A stretch of 64,000 nt of DNA, taken from positions 19,220,001-19,284,000 of the forward strand of contig JBHGNT010000013.1 of assembly GCA_043228905.1 (NCBI GenBank). The letters run 5' to 3'. Below the pieces are notes generated by a model, which was not told where the DNA came from, searched no databases, and worked only from the letters and a program-made list of their open reading frames with translations. Below, piece by piece: positions 1 through 14,385 of this stretch (its first letter is position 1; each line of letters starts with the position of its first letter). Source of the DNA: Azolla caroliniana. Its lineage: Eukaryota; Plantae; Polypodiophyta. The translations under genes and the position numbers were made by a program.

Positions 1-2304
1 GTGTTTAAGAGTCTTCCAGTTAAAGATGTTGTCTCTTGGACATCACTAATAACAGGATATGCAGAACATGGTTATGGTGATGAAGCATGTAAGAGCTTTG
101 CAGAGATGCAGCATAGAGGCATCCAACCAAATTCTTTCACTTTTGTGGGCATCTTGAAATCTTGTGTTAGCAGCACAAGAGCAATTCAGAAGGGATATGA
201 GATGCATGCCGAGATTGAAAGAAAGGGGCTGCTGGATGAAAACATTATTCTCGGTAATGCTCTCATTGATATGTATTGCCAGTGTGGTTTTGTTGAAGAA
301 GCAGAACATCTTTTCAGCAGTCTTAGAATTAAAGATATAGTTTCTTGGAATGTACTAATTGCAGGATATACCGAACACGAACAAGGTCAAGAAGCGATGG
401 AATGTTTTGAAATGATGCACTTGGAGGGTGCCCAGCCTAACGCTACCACATTTGTTTCCATGTTGAAAGTTTGTGGAAGCATGCAAGCTGCAGATAAGGG
501 CCAAGAAATACATGCTGTCATTGCCAGAGAGGGAATATTAGAAAGAGATCTAGTTGTCGGCACTGCTTTAGTGGATATGTATGTAAAATGTGGCGAAATT
601 GTCAAAGCACAAGAAGTATTTGACAACCTTCCAGCTCAGAACATAGTAACATGGAATGCGTTAATATCAGGATATGTTGAGCATGGACATGGTGATGAAG
701 CTCTCAAGCTTTATGAGAGAATGCAGTTTGAGGGTGTGTCTCCGGATGTTGCCACACTCGTCTCCTATTTGAAAGCCTGTGGCAGCATAAGGGCTGCAGA
801 CACAGGCCAAGAGATGCATTCTTATATTAAAAGAAAGGGGTTTGAAGGAAACCTTCTTGTTGGCACAACCCTGGTTGATATGTATGCTAAATGTGGGCTG
901 TTTGTTGAAGCAGAGGAAGCATTTGACAAGCTTCATGTGCGAAATGTAATTTCTTGGAATGCTCTGATAACAGCATTTGTTGAATACGGTTATGCAGAGG
1001 AATCATTAAATTTTTTTAAACAGATGCAAATTGAGGGCGTCTCTCCTAACTCTGGAACTTTTGTTTGCATCCTCAAAGCTTGTAGCAACGAAAAAGTTTT
1101 AGATGAGGCATCTGAAATACATTCTCAGTTAGCACGAAAAGGGTTACTGGAAAGCGATGTCAATGTTGGGAACACATTGGTTGATATGTATGGAAAATGT
1201 GGCATGCTTCACAGAGCTCAAGAAGTCTTTGACAAACTTCCAATTCGAAATGTGCTCTCATGGAATGCCCTCATTTCAGGCTTCGATGAACATGGACACA
1301 GTGACAAAGCTGTGAACTGTTATTACAAGATGCAGCTCGAAGGTGTAGGCCCTGACATTGTCACCTACATTTGCAGCTTGAAAGCTTGTGCCCGTATTGG
1401 AGCTATAGATCATGGTGAAGAAATACATGCAAAATTGGCTCGTTTTGAGGGTTTACAGGACAATGGGATTGTTATGAACACTTTAATTCATATGTATGCC
1501 AAGTGTGGGTTATTATTGAAAGCACAGGATGTATTTGACAAGGCCCTGATCCAGAATGTTGTCACCTGGAACGCTCTCATTAGTGGATATGCTGAATATG
1601 ACTATGGTGAAGAGGCACTGCAGTGTTTCGAGCATATGACATCCCAGGGGATGCTCCCAAATAATGCTACATATATTTTTAGCTTAAAAGCATGTGCTAA
1701 TGTAGGAGCAACAAATAAGGGGCAAGAAATACATGCTGATATTGAAAGAAAAGGGCGTTTCGGAAGAGACCTTGCTGTTGATTCTGCCTTGGTCAATATG
1801 TATGCAAAATCTGGGATGCTCACTGTTGCAGAACGAGTATTCAACAAACTTCCGGTTCGAGGAATTGTGTCTTGGAACTCCATGATTGCAGGGTATGCAA
1901 AATGTGGATCAAACGAGAGTGTTTTCCATACTTTTCACAATATGCTCAATGAATGTGTGAAGCCTGATCTAGTCACGTTTCTCAATGTTCTCCATGCATG
2001 TAGTCAGAGTGGTATGTCTGATAAGGGTCAGACATTTTTTGAGGCCATGAGCAAAGATTTCGGCATGCTTCCAACTCTCAAGCATCATACTTGTAGACTT
2101 CATCTCCTTGGTCGTGCAGGCCATTTTGACCGGATAGCAAATCTCATCACGGGGTTGCCATTCTCTCCTGATCGTGCACTCTGGCACTCTGTGTTGGGTG
2201 CTTGTGTGATGTGGGGGAATCTTAACCTTGGAATACGTGCCTTTGAACAAGCAAGATGTCTGCCAATCGCTCGCCAATCGCTCATGCAGGGGCATTTGGG
2301 ATGA
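1..2304 (+). CDS. PLS-class pentatricopeptide repeat protein, 5'-partial, truncated E domain, no DYW
   Basis: Intronless 767-aa ORF of repeated P-L-S motifs (VVSWTSLITGY, GNALIDMYxKCG, AQEVFDKL) ending in an E1-like ALWHSVLGAC...GNLNLG segment. The ORF is open at the window start. Confidence 0.95.
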   Translation: MFKSLPVKDVVSWTSLITGYAEHGYGDEACKSFAEMQHRGIQPNSFTFVGILKSCVSSTRAIQKGYEMHAEIERKGLLDENIILGNALIDMYCQCGFVEEAEHLFSSLRIKDIVSWNVLIAGYTEHEQGQEAMECFEMMHLEGAQPNATTFVSMLKVCGSMQAADKGQEIHAVIAREGILERDLVVGTALVDMYVKCGEIVKAQEVFDNLPAQNIVTWNALISGYVEHGHGDEALKLYERMQFEGVSPDVATLVSYLKACGSIRAADTGQEMHSYIKRKGFEGNLLVGTTLVDMYAKCGLFVEAEEAFDKLHVRNVISWNALITAFVEYGYAEESLNFFKQMQIEGVSPNSGTFVCILKACSNEKVLDEASEIHSQLARKGLLESDVNVGNTLVDMYGKCGMLHRAQEVFDKLPIRNVLSWNALISGFDEHGHSDKAVNCYYKMQLEGVGPDIVTYICSLKACARIGAIDHGEEIHAKLARFEGLQDNGIVMNTLIHMYAKCGLLLKAQDVFDKALIQNVVTWNALISGYAEYDYGEEALQCFEHMTSQGMLPNNATYIFSLKACANVGATNKGQEIHADIERKGRFGRDLAVDSALVNMYAKSGMLTVAERVFNKLPVRGIVSWNSMIAGYAKCGSNESVFHTFHNMLNECVKPDLVTFLNVLHACSQSGMSDKGQTFFEAMSKDFGMLPTLKHHTCRLHLLGRAGHFDRIANLITGLPFSPDRALWHSVLGACVMWGNLNLGIRAFEQARCLPIARQSLMQGHLG

Positions 2305-3429
2305 AATCTTAGACTGAATTCATAATCACCGGCCAGCAACAAGGGATAGCACTTGGCAACAATGTATGTAAATGGAGAAGAACAAGCACTTTCATTTCCA
2401 ATTCTTTATGCAACCATTGCCATCCCCCTTGCCAATACTGGACAATTTTGGGCTAACCAAAGGCATTACTCGAATATCAATTCATCTCAAATTTATTAAA
2501 CATACACTGCCGAGTGTGAAAGCCAATCCGGGAAAACTATTAGGCAGGTCTTAGTTGAGCAAAATAACATATCGAACTTTTGAGTGGGAACAAGTAATTG
2601 TAAGGGATAACTAACTCTCTCTGATGTACTAGTGGTGAACTTCAGGACGGCATGTTTTGTAGCCTTATGTGCACCTTGTATATTTATGACCTGTAAACCC
2701 ACAAAACAATCATGTTGATGTATGGATTTACAATTTATTTGCATCGAGTAGAATTGAAATGAGATATCATTTTTGTGATCCATTTTTGTTGATGAGTTAG
2801 TTAATGATGTATGATATTTAGAATGAGATGTGAAATGTCTTTCTTTATAATTGAGATTACACAATGGCTCAAACATGAAACATTTTTCCACAAGCTCATG
2901 TGTTGCAATCAATGTGTTTTAATAGTGCATGATTTGCATATTCTTTGATGAATTGATAGATATCACATTTAACAACTCTACTATGGATTTGTTTCATGTA
3001 TAATATACATGAACCATAATATTGCTACAATCTCATAGTTAGGCTTCCTAGACAAACTTGGGAGTAAGCTTCATTGGTGGTAGCTTTGGTTGGCCTCATT
3101 GGCAAGCTAGGTTGGCTTTATAAGCAAGCAAAACTGCCTTTTGTCTTTTGTTACCATATTTCTTTTCCTCATTTGTGCTTACCTAGTCCTCTTACACATC
3201 TCGCTTTCTCTTGGGGGAAAGCACGCGTCTCCCAAAAGCTCTCTTCCCTCCCCCCAAACCTTGTCATTTTATTTTATAGATTTCTCTTATGCATGAGTGT
3301 CTAAAATAAGTTCCACATTTTTGCATGGGCATTGGATAGGTGCAAGTCGGCAAAAGCATGCTTGAAGCTTCGGTGGCACCCCATTTCTCTCATTTAACGT
3401 GACAAATATCAAATTTGTGATCTCCGTGT

Positions 3430-4450
3430 TTAATAACGTTCAACTTTACCAAGAAACCTGACTCATGATGTTTTCTAACATTATCACTGGTTCCCTCATG
3501 AACTTTTCTTCCACCATCCGTCTTTTTTTTATTCAGTGTGAAATTAATTGCCTGTTAGATTTTCCCTTGTCCACACACCATACCATGCCATCACAATTTT
3601 GGTGATTCGGGGATTGCTACCAAGATCAAAACCTTGGAAACAATTTTTGTTATATGAATTGCAAAAGTTTTGTCCCAGAACTGGTAGAGATTGGAGGCCT
3701 AGTTTTTTATGGAGTTTTATGGAACACAACAAGTTGGCTATTTCCACAAAATGGGAAGATAGATTTGCTCAACCTGTTCTTAATTCATGGAAAGATGTTT
3801 CTCTTCTATTCGGATCTAGTAGAGACTATTAAACATTGTTTGCGGAGTTGTGGTTTTGCGATAGAAATATGGCAACAAATCATAACGTTGTTAATACCAT
3901 TGTATCCTCAAGCAGTGTATACATGGGGAGTGGTATTATAGGTGGTGGTACAAGATAAACCAATGGTATATGAACAAGAGGAGGTTGCATAGGTTTGATG
4001 CAAAAAACATATAGACCTTTGAATCCACAAATAGAGACCGATAAACCTCAAATATGGCAATTGGTAAGTAATATCACAATTTGGTATATTTGGAAGGCGC
4101 AAGGTTTAAATGTATTTCAAAATGTGACTGAAAGACCTGCCCAAATAATTTCTGATATTTGGACAGAGATTGTGCATAATCTCAAAGGTTCTTTGGATAA
4201 TATATGAGGTAATACGCAATAGGCAGAGCTCAAGTGATTAGAGTTTCATGCCACCTTGAACAAAAACATATTTTATAGACCGATTTATGATAAGGTAGAG
4301 TGGTTCTACTGTACACTAAAGTATTTATTTAAGTCGACGATTAGAATTTAGAAAAAGGGGCTCACTATTGAAAGGTACATCTTGTATGTATAACCCTAGG
4401 GCGTTTCTTAGTACTAATGGAGTATCTTTTTTTGGAATAAAATAAAAAAT
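3430..4450 (+). mobile_element. Decayed L1-type LINE ORF2 3' end
   Basis: Fragmented frames ETIKHCLRSCGFAIEIWQQI and IWYIWKAQ...FQN typical of the plant L1 zf-RVT/C-terminal region; AATAAA and A-rich tail near 4436-4449. Confidence 0.7.
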
Positions 4451-4459
4451 TGATTAATC

Positions 4460-6130
4460 CCTCATCTTTTTTTATGAAGTGTGATTGTTTGAGGTTACAA
4501 GGGAGGTTCATTTGAGTCAATTAGACTTGTTGATATGCTCAAAGATATATGGCTTACGACTTTGCCCATATGACCAACAATAGTGTATGTTTACCCAAGC
4601 CCTTTTGGCAATGAACGAATGAGGAATTACTCATCATTATAGTTAAGAATGAAAATGTATTTTCTTGACATTCTATAATTGTTTCTTAAGATGTTCAACC
4701 AAACGTTGTTTCTAGTACTATCTGCGAAAATGTTAGCAAGAACCATGATCCAACAAATGAGTAGACAAGTATCCACCCTTACACACAAGAGTGCACTAAT
4801 TCCAACAGTTTCATGGCAAATTTTACATGCATATTGTGGACACTCTTCTTCTGCTTTCCATTAACAACATGTTTGCCAAGTCACAAATTAAAGTGCAATC
4901 GAGATGGTAGATAACCAAAACTTGATCGTACCTTCATACTAATAACGTGAACTTGTTGCCTCTCACAACCACAAGATCTCCTTTTAGGATTTTGATTAAT
5001 TCATCTTCAATCATCACATGGTATTTTATCTCATTCTTTTGGCCTATTGATAGCAAACATTTTATGACGTTGGGGATGTGGTAGATTTTGTCCAATATGA
5101 GTTACTTTCCATCCATTAACAGGTTAACATTATGGTTTCAATAATGACTACCATATGTTAATTGTAGTATCAAGTTGTATTATCAACAATTGGCAGATCT
5201 CTTATGTTATGAGTGACCCTTTATATGATGTCACATGAAATTATGTGTCTAACTCCAACATCCATGCATTGATGTCTCATATATTACGCGAACGTCTCCC
5301 ACCATTATGTAAATTCCTCTTTACATTTTGCCTTGTCTGGTTGGGCGCTTTACTCAATCCTCGTCGATCGTAGGACTGATAACAATCTCATATGCCCATC
5401 ACTAGGATTCCTATCTCCAATCCTAGGCGCATGTTAGTCCTAAAATATATGACCATTATAATGGTTGTTATAACTCTCCATGGTTCTCAATTCAAACTTT
5501 CTATAGTTGTATGTCTTCTCTCCACTCTGTACCCTCTCCCTTCCCATTGTGCCTTTCATGCCAAGGTCTTGTACATACATTGTATTCTTCACCACCTTGA
5601 GCATTGGTCTTCGATCTTCAAACATCTCCCCATTTAAAAGCATTCCACTTGTTTTTGTGCATACAAGTGTACATGAATGTTGTGATAAAGGTGTTCCAAA
5701 ATATGATAATGTGCATGACAACTTGTATCCCCAAATCTAGGCGCATATTTGATCTTGCCAATTATTGAACAATGGCATCAAACTTCTTCGTATGAGCAAT
5801 GATGGAGTCAAATTCCTTCATTGAAATCTCATACAATCTCTTCATTAAATATACCTTGTTTGAGGCAATACTTTTCTTGTAATTGTTATTAAGATTCGTC
5901 AATGTCTCCTTTGATTTTCTATAGCCTAAGATTGTACAATAGGTCATGCCCACTAGATATTGCAAACATATTGTCAGAAGAGGCAATTGGTTCAATTCTA
6001 ATAAGTTAACATGTTTCTTTTGGTCATTTGACCTTCGTTACTACCTCTACACAAGAACATCCCATATATGATTCTTCGACAAAGCAAAGCTAGTTATGTC
6101 AAACTACTCATTTGTATTTCCATCCCCGTA
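4460..6130 (-). mobile_element. Decayed Copia gag-pol remnant
   Basis: ORF 5762-5995 contains ASNKVYLMKRLYEISMKE (Copia gag/UBN2-like); downstream frames are heavily broken. Boundaries approximate. Confidence 0.6.
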
Positions 6131-9100
6131 TCCCGAGATTTTATCATCTAAACTTTATTAGTAGAGTTTCTCTTTATTTACCAACTTCATTTTTTTACCC
6201 CAGGCAACAAACAAGTATGTGCCATTTCACGAGGTACATGTCTGGATAAACCAAAAGATATGCCAAAACCACACCTCGTCTTCCTTTATAGTTTCTTCCA
6301 AGGTTATCAAAACATGTTGCCTAACCTTGCCTTTGATTGACTCAAGTACCATTATTTGAGAATGCAACCCATGAAAACATCCGTGTGATTGGCAAAGGAT
6401 CACTAAAGCTTTTCATACATAAAGTTGGAAGTACTCTCCCTAGAATTTCCTATTAGTAGAGCTCCACTCAATGAAGCATATCATAATTGTGACATCATGT
6501 TTTCTTAACATCCAAGTTGCCTATTGTAGGCCAATTTTTTTACGTGTTTTTGGATGTTTTACATATTGTAATATAAATATTTATGAATTACAATCAGTCA
6601 TGCCATTCTTTTTGGGTTTTTTCATTCATTAATTATTACATCATTCTTGAACATGACCATGTTTTGGTTCGTTCGACGTATATAATATTTACAATGTTTG
6701 TCCACTCAGTAAGGGAATCACTAATTCTGCAAATAACATTGCTCAAGTATTTTGAACAATATAGGTCTTGAAACTGTACAAATCCTAACGGCTTGAGCTA
6801 TGTGTGACTTCACTAAGAGTTAATCTAAGATGATAGTATTTATTTAACATAAAATCCTTATAGCAACTTGCAAGAAAATACCTTTGTTTGGGAGATTTGT
6901 TGAGCATCTTACTTCAAAGGTGAGACGTAAAAGGTGTTATAGCATCAATAGTGTAGTGGATTCCCAATATATTATGTCATATTTGGATAATGCATCATGT
7001 TGGGATTATTTTTCAGCTTGGGATTCGGACATGTGTGATGTTATCCCAAGACTTTCATATATCGTTTTTTGCCCTTTTGTCCCCCTTTTGCTCAACCAGC
7101 TTTCTCCATTATCATTCGCGCCTCAAGTTAAAGTATAAATTAAAGTCTTCATATTAAATTCTAGTTTTTCTTGGCATAATTATTTTTCATGTAACTCGTA
7201 AATGGTTGCTCAGTGTTCCTTTGATACAACACTTGCCTTTTACCCAAACATGAAGAGACTTATCAAATAAAACACACACTCTACTATCATTGTAGTATGA
7301 GAATAGCAAGTGCAATATATCAACAAGAATTGCTTATTTCCCTGAAATATAAATTTGAAATGAATTCAATGTTGAGATCCCAAAAAATGTATGACATAAT
7401 CATGCATCACTTCCTATTTCAATTTACCTCTTTCATCTTATTTACATTGTTTGAATTCATTTCATTGTCTTCATACTCAAGTTACTAGTCATAACTCACA
7501 ACTTTGAAGCAAGAGATCTATTTACGTAGTAATCAAAATATTTCCTACTAGGGCGTGCTCTTGTACACCAAAGCAACATTGATCAAGCCTTACTAAGATG
7601 CCACAATACATGGCAATAATGCTTATGATGCACTTATCGATTGCTTTTCTTACATCTCATTGTTCTTGCGTATTCCAAAGCTCCCTTATTTCTTGAACCT
7701 AATTTTGTAATTCAATTGATAGAAAAGGTGGTGGAATATTCCCTTACCTTAACTTAAGATTTTTTCCCCTTGGGTGGCTTAAGAAGGTACATGCCGATTA
7801 TCAAAACTACTTTTCTTTCAAATACTCTTTCACCACCATTAACTTGTCTCTTGTTGGAGGATGAAACTACTCCAAAAGGTTGGTTATGTTCTTTTACCCT
7901 TGGATGAATAACTTACATTAAACCAAGTTCACATCATCTTATGTGTCTCATGTTTAATTTTTTCCATTCGAAGGAATTTTTGTGGAGGTATTAGAATAAA
8001 TTCTCAATATTATTAGCTCAAGGATATACTATGTAGTAAAAAATCAACATAAGTAAGGATATGTAACAAACTAAAAAGAAACTTTTACTTTAACTTTGAC
8101 CTAAGAAGGATATATGTTGTAAATGTAATATTGGAATGGTTTGTTATTAACTTACGGCTTTATATTAAATAACTTTTTTATCACATGGTCATATGTTTGT
8201 CTTTTAATCATGTTGTTGAATTTTCTTTGTTTTCTTTGGAAAACACCATTCATGAGAGACAATTGTGTTGAATTATACTTCCAATATATGCTAATGCACC
8301 TGAAATTTGTTTTTATTACATTGTTTTCTGTCTTAAGAGGTTATTCTCAATGAAAAACTTACAATAACCTAAAGGTGATTGGAGTAGGGGGAGATAGTAT
8401 ATCGAATTAAGCCCTTGAAAGTGACTTCACCACATATGCAATACAATCAATGTGGAATCATTTAATCGAATGAGATTATATCTTTAATGAGATAACTATA
8501 TATTATCATTCAAATAATTTATAAGTTTGGATTACTAGAACTACATTAGTTTCAAGGTATAAATTTCCTTAAGTAAAATTTCAATGCATGTTTTCACTCC
8601 TACACTCAATGGTTTTACATTAGTTTCAAGGTATGGTTTTCCTCCGAGTAAATTTTTATGGGTTATGGTTTTCCTTCAAGTAAATTTCAATCCATAATGT
8701 TATTTATTTATTTATTTAATTTTAAACATATCCTTCCATTAGTTTAAAAAACCATATCAGCAACAAAATACAAAATGATAGAAAGGAGATGATTATCCTT
8801 CCCCAACCCGTCTTGTGTAAGACACTAGCTAGCCATGAATCCTTCTTTTGATAGACTTGATTGAACACTTATTCAATAGTTGAAACATACCATGAATTTG
8901 CCATATGTTCAAACCAAATCAATCTTCCTCATCATGTTTATATTCAACATGTCCCAATACCACCTTTGGGTCATCACATGCATCCAATATACCCCCACAT
9001 TTACAAATTATGACCAAGCATCCTCTATTTTCCATATTCAACGTAAAACTCAATCAAAGCATTATGGTATAGAGGTCATTTTGTATGTCTCGATCCATGA

Positions 9101-9169
9101 TTCCAGCATGTATAAACATGTTGTCATGTACAACCATGTGATCAACACCCACTTTAAGGGATCTTAGCC

Positions 9170-10830
9170 CTTCAAACAGTTTATATGCATCCGATAACCT
9201 TCCACATGTTGCCTGCAAATCAACAATGCTTCATGACACCATCCATCACATAAAAAGAAACAGACTTCTTCCTAATGCATACATAAGAGCATCCCCCTCC
9301 ACCTATTTCAATGAATCCATCCATGTTTCAATAACAGTTAACACATCCCCATGTTTCATATCGGTGGAGGAAATACCTAGAGAGGTGGCTGATACCTCCA
9401 ATGTATACAAGAATTAACCATGTAAAATACATTCATTCTTTCCCATGTCTTCTTAAAAATCTCTTTCTTTCGAAGGACTACATCTTAATTACCCTTGATA
9501 GCGTCATACGCTCCTTTTAGTGTATGCACCAAGGTCAACCAAATCTCCTTGATTACCTCCACAACATTCCATTGAATTTGCTAAAATATCCTTTGACATC
9601 TACTAGTCCACAAAACCCACAACGTTATGGAACTAATAGTCTCCCAAACCACCCCAATTTGTATTGAATTACTATGCATACACGACAATACTTCCTCAAC
9701 ATATCGACCTCTTGTATGTAATGCAAAGGTAACCTTTTCTTGTTCATAATCTTGTACCTTACCCTTAATAGCAACCCACATCACTACTCCCCATTTATAT
9801 ACTCTAGAGCCATATACATCATGCAATAAATGTAATATCCTTTTCCAAACCAATTTAGCCGCCATACATGACCATAATAGGTGATGAAGAGACTCCATCT
9901 CTAATCCACAAAAATCACACATTTTATCTGCATCCTTACAATGCATCCAAACCCTAAAAAGGAACCACATAATGAACAATCAACCATCTAAATAAAATAA
10001 TCTTCTTTGGAATTTGCATAGCCCATAGCCATTTCCAAAATGTTGTCATATAAGTAGAATCAACATTATAACTCAACCATGTTGTAGTTGTTGTCGGCCA
10101 ATGAGGTATCCTACGTCGTAACATCTCCCTTCCCAATCGAACCGAATATTGAAAAAATGGCTTTGGCCTAACATCATCCCCAAAATATGAAGTAGGTAAC
10201 CACTTCCATTCCCCTGGATCCCATTCCATTTCACATAATGATTTTTTGGCCACTACCCATAGATCCCACCATGGATGAACAACATTAGGATCAGGGTCTA
10301 GGATCTAAATCTTATCTACCTTGGCTAGAATTCTAATGGGTTTTAATGTAGCCTCAATGAGACATTCATCTTCTAGGGGGATCAACACTAATTGTCCATC
10401 TTGTAAAACATCATAACTCAAGAAAGAATCCTTATCTCTAAGGCCACGGACTCCAAGTAAAATTTGAAAATTTGAAAATAATCCCACCCACTTATGACAA
10501 TCAGAATGTATGTTATTTATCAAGGGTAGTTGCAATTTCCTTAACTCATCAACTATCATCTTTCCTCCTCTTATTCCTCCATAATATCTGTAGGATTGTG
10601 AACAAAACGTCGCCACTTACTAAGAGATGAGGAAAAAGATGAATCCACTTGAGCCCAATTTAATCTCACTCTCCTCCCCAACATAGATCCTTCATCACCT
10701 AGAAATAAAGGATTCTAAACCAAGGGTTGATGTAACCATTCATCCATCAAAGTGGGCAAGACTTGTTGCAAATTATCTTTCATTGACCACTAGGCTCTCT
10801 TTATCGCAACAAAGAACTTATCATTCTGAA
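9170..10830 (-). mobile_element. Decayed L1-type LINE ORF2 C-terminal region
   Basis: FWKWLWAMQIPKKIILFRW, CDFCGLEMESLHHLLWSC (zf-RVT) and LWVLWTSRCQRIF in broken frames. Confidence 0.8.
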
Positions 10831-12059
10831 ATACTATATTATGCGAATGAAAGTTAGGAATAAACCACCATCGAAGAGACCTTGTCCATAATGTTGAACT
10901 TTATTCAATTCATTTATTTGATTAATGCATTCTTACCACAATCTAGAAGATAAAACTTTATCCTTCAAGGTAGAGTTTACCCTTTATAATTGACTTTATT
11001 GGATTCATTCATTCTTACCATTATTTAGAAGATAAACCTACGAAATGGGGTCCACCCCGTTAATATATACACAATTTAAAGTGTTAAACATTGTGTGCAA
11101 ACCTTAAAACATTCCAAGGTGGCATTTTCATATCAAAATCAATGTCACAAGTGAGAAATTGTTGTCACATTGATTTAGGAAACTTAAAATATGTATGCAC
11201 ATCAACATGTTAAGTATTCGTGAACTACTATGTCTACCCTAATGTGAAAGTGAGGCATAAACAACAAAACCTATATGTAAGATAAGTTGGGCAAGAAATA
11301 CCAATATAATTGAATGCCTTGTCCAAATCTAGTAGTATTATCAGAAGTCCTTATTGGTATTCACTAGCATAATACAAAACCATTTGCACATTCAAAATAT
11401 AAGGAAACATGTCTTTGCCGACAATAAATGTATATGATATAGGGTGGACAACAAAAGCTAGCACCTTTTGAAGTCAATTTGTCGAAAAACTTAAATAATC
11501 TACCTATCAAGAATTTTAAACATACGTTTCCCAAACAACGCGAGAGAGGAAACTTTTTGTAAAAGCTTAACAAATACCAACTTTCCATATAAGGCACGAT
11601 GAAGAAAACACCCAATATAAGTGCCCAATACTCCATCATTGGATGTTACACCAACACAAAAGCAAACATAATTTATGGGAATTTAAGGTGAAATCCTAGA
11701 TGAGCTAGCTAATATGAACCCTCCAGTCTTAACTATATAAATAATATGTCCATTTCTCCAACTTCTGTACCTGTTCTTTGTGATCTTATGATACCAAGGA
11801 GTATCTTTCAAGGGGGAAAAAACTATATCACGAGGTGATATAGGGATTGAAGGGAAACTCTTGTTAAACCATTGTAATTGTTGTATACTTATCTTGTATT
11901 TATGTAGTTGTTGATGATAAAGCGTTGGAGTAGTTACCTAATAACGTCTATCTCTATTGTGCTTGTGATCGTATCTAGTTTCGACATATGACCAAATCTT
12001 CCTTTCTATTATGTAGATACTATTGCATATTGCTATGTTAGGACACACATTTAGTAATT

Positions 12060-12790
12060 GCATGCCAAATTAACTCCAAGTGATATCTCAGCAAACCAAG
12101 TGAAAAATAGAAAGCTCAAAAGATACTTGAGGACCGAGGTGATCATAAAGAGGTTGACGAAACAAACAAAAAAGAATAGGATACAAAGACTTGCACTCCT
12201 TGTGAACACGTAAATCATTTGACGCATCTCCTAATGTTGACATGGTTTTCCTTGAGTAATATGATAAATTCAAAGTAAAAAAATGACGGTGGTGTATTCC
12301 CTGTGATGATAATTGTTCTAACTGGGCCTTGTGATAGCACACCAAGCCTATTTGCAACATTTGTCCTCGTTAAAACCTTCATGCCAATGAAGGCAAGATA
12401 ATCACATAGGAATTGAATCTTGCAATAACCCTTTGTTTCATGTCATTAAACTATTGCCATTATTGAACTTTACAAATGGTCATGCCTGTGATGAACATCT
12501 CCTCATGTTTTTCCATATGTTCTTTGGTGGCATCACATCTTGCACATACTTATGGTCATGCATGCATGTCGCTATACAAAACATCATGAGATTTGCCCCT
12601 TTCTACCAACTTGGGCATTCGTCCAATGCTTTTTCGACCACTTTCTCTAAATCTCCTTTGATGTGGCCATAATAACCTTGTTCAATAAGTAATTATGTCA
12701 TTTCATACTTCTGTGAAGTAAAATTATATCCATCAAGTTTCTCAATTGGTATAAAGCTTTATAATTGCATATTCATCATATATCCATCAA
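12060..12790 (-). mobile_element. Decayed Copia gag remnant
   Basis: Minus strand reads EKLDGYN near 12724-12744 (Copia gag N-terminus) followed by degenerate gag-like frames. Confidence 0.45.
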
Positions 12791-13519
12791 GCTTCCCGAT
12801 AGGTATAAAGCTTTATAATTGCATATTCATCTTGATGGCAATTTCTTCTCATCGTTGTCAATTTCCTTTGGCCTTGCTTCTTCACGAAACATATGTGGTA
12901 GAGCTCATCCACACATGGAGTATGTAGATGCCCAATGATAGAAACAATTAAACCACACCAATCCATATGAGTTGGTTCTTCAACTATAGTGAATTGAATT
13001 TCCCCGAAGGCGCCAACATGATTCATACCTTGGATTGTTGCACTTCCAAGGGTCATTACGGAGTCCCAAAGGGTCATGTTCCTCAGGGTTTGTTAAGTGA
13101 TGGATGGGGGACGTCGCTCCCAATGATAAAGACCACATCATATTTCGGCACATAAAACCACTTACCTCTCTACTCCATTTAACCATGAAGTCTCCAAGGC
13201 TTCTTAAATGAAATTGAAATTAATATACACCAATTAAAATCTTTTAATTTTAATTAAATAAATAAATTATTAGATAAGAAACATATCATGTATCTCAATT
13301 AAATAGATCATTTTTTAGCAAAAAAACATGTATATCTCGATTTTAGTGTGGAAAAGTTACATGGAGGAACATGATTCTTAATGGATGCAAAGGTAAGAGA
13401 ATAAGAACCCAGTGTTAGGGTACCCAAAGGCGTCTTTGCAAAACAACTATTGCCTTTTTATAGAAGTTAAAAACTCGAAAGAGCCCTTCACATTAGAAAC
13501 CCTTCATATTAGTGGATCC

Positions 13520-14385
13520 TACCTAATAAAGGCTAGTTCTCCAAAAAGTAAAATATGACCATGTTTCTTGTACACATTTGGCCTATAACATATGTTTCGG
13601 ATTGGGACCCATGGCATTTCAAGTGGAAATACAACGACAGACTGCACCACTTCTTCTATTACCACACTAAATTGGGTGAGGCTATACAAATGCAGTGAGA
13701 AGGTCCCCTTCGCAATGGTTGGCGGACATTGGGCATCCCTAACGAGGTGCTCAGTACCTTCTGGAAGGGTCTCTAGCATCTCCATGTGGTTGAGAAGATC
13801 AAGCTATTATGGTGGCAGATCGGCCATAACATGGTCCTCGTTGGCGAATGGCTAGGTAAACGAGGAGTCCCAATAGGCTGCCCACTCTGTTTTGCACCTA
13901 TCTAAGACTTTGAGACATTATTTGTGGGATTGCCCTCAAACTCAAAGAGTCTGGGGCAAGGTGACTCGTCTCTTAGCTGACTGCGTAGTGGATGAGACAA
14001 CATCATGGAGTGAAACGTCTTGGATCAATCCCTCGACTGATAGTTGGATGGACACCTTCAATGTAGGCAGTTGATGTTATCAATGCACAAGAGCTAAACT
14101 CGTCAAGACCCATTTTGAGAGAGGCTTGAAGACTGCATCCCATTGTTTCCAAGAGATTTGGATGAAGATCACATGCTTCACCCTTTGGTATGTGTGGAAA
14201 GCATGTTGCTTGAAGGTCTTCCAAGGTCTGGTATGCCCCCCAGAGGATTTGATCATGGATATTTGGTTCGCGATTATCAATTGCCTACGAGGGTAGCTGG
14301 ACGAGGTTTGCAGCCACTCTGACGACGTGGTCACTACTCGCTTATGCTTTTGGCAGAAATGGAGGAACACGCCGATGGTGATGCA
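13520..14385 (+). mobile_element. Decayed L1-type LINE ORF2 C-terminal region
   Basis: TLRHYLWDCPQTQRVW and TLWYVWKACCLKVFQG; related to the 3430-4450 remnant. Confidence 0.75.
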
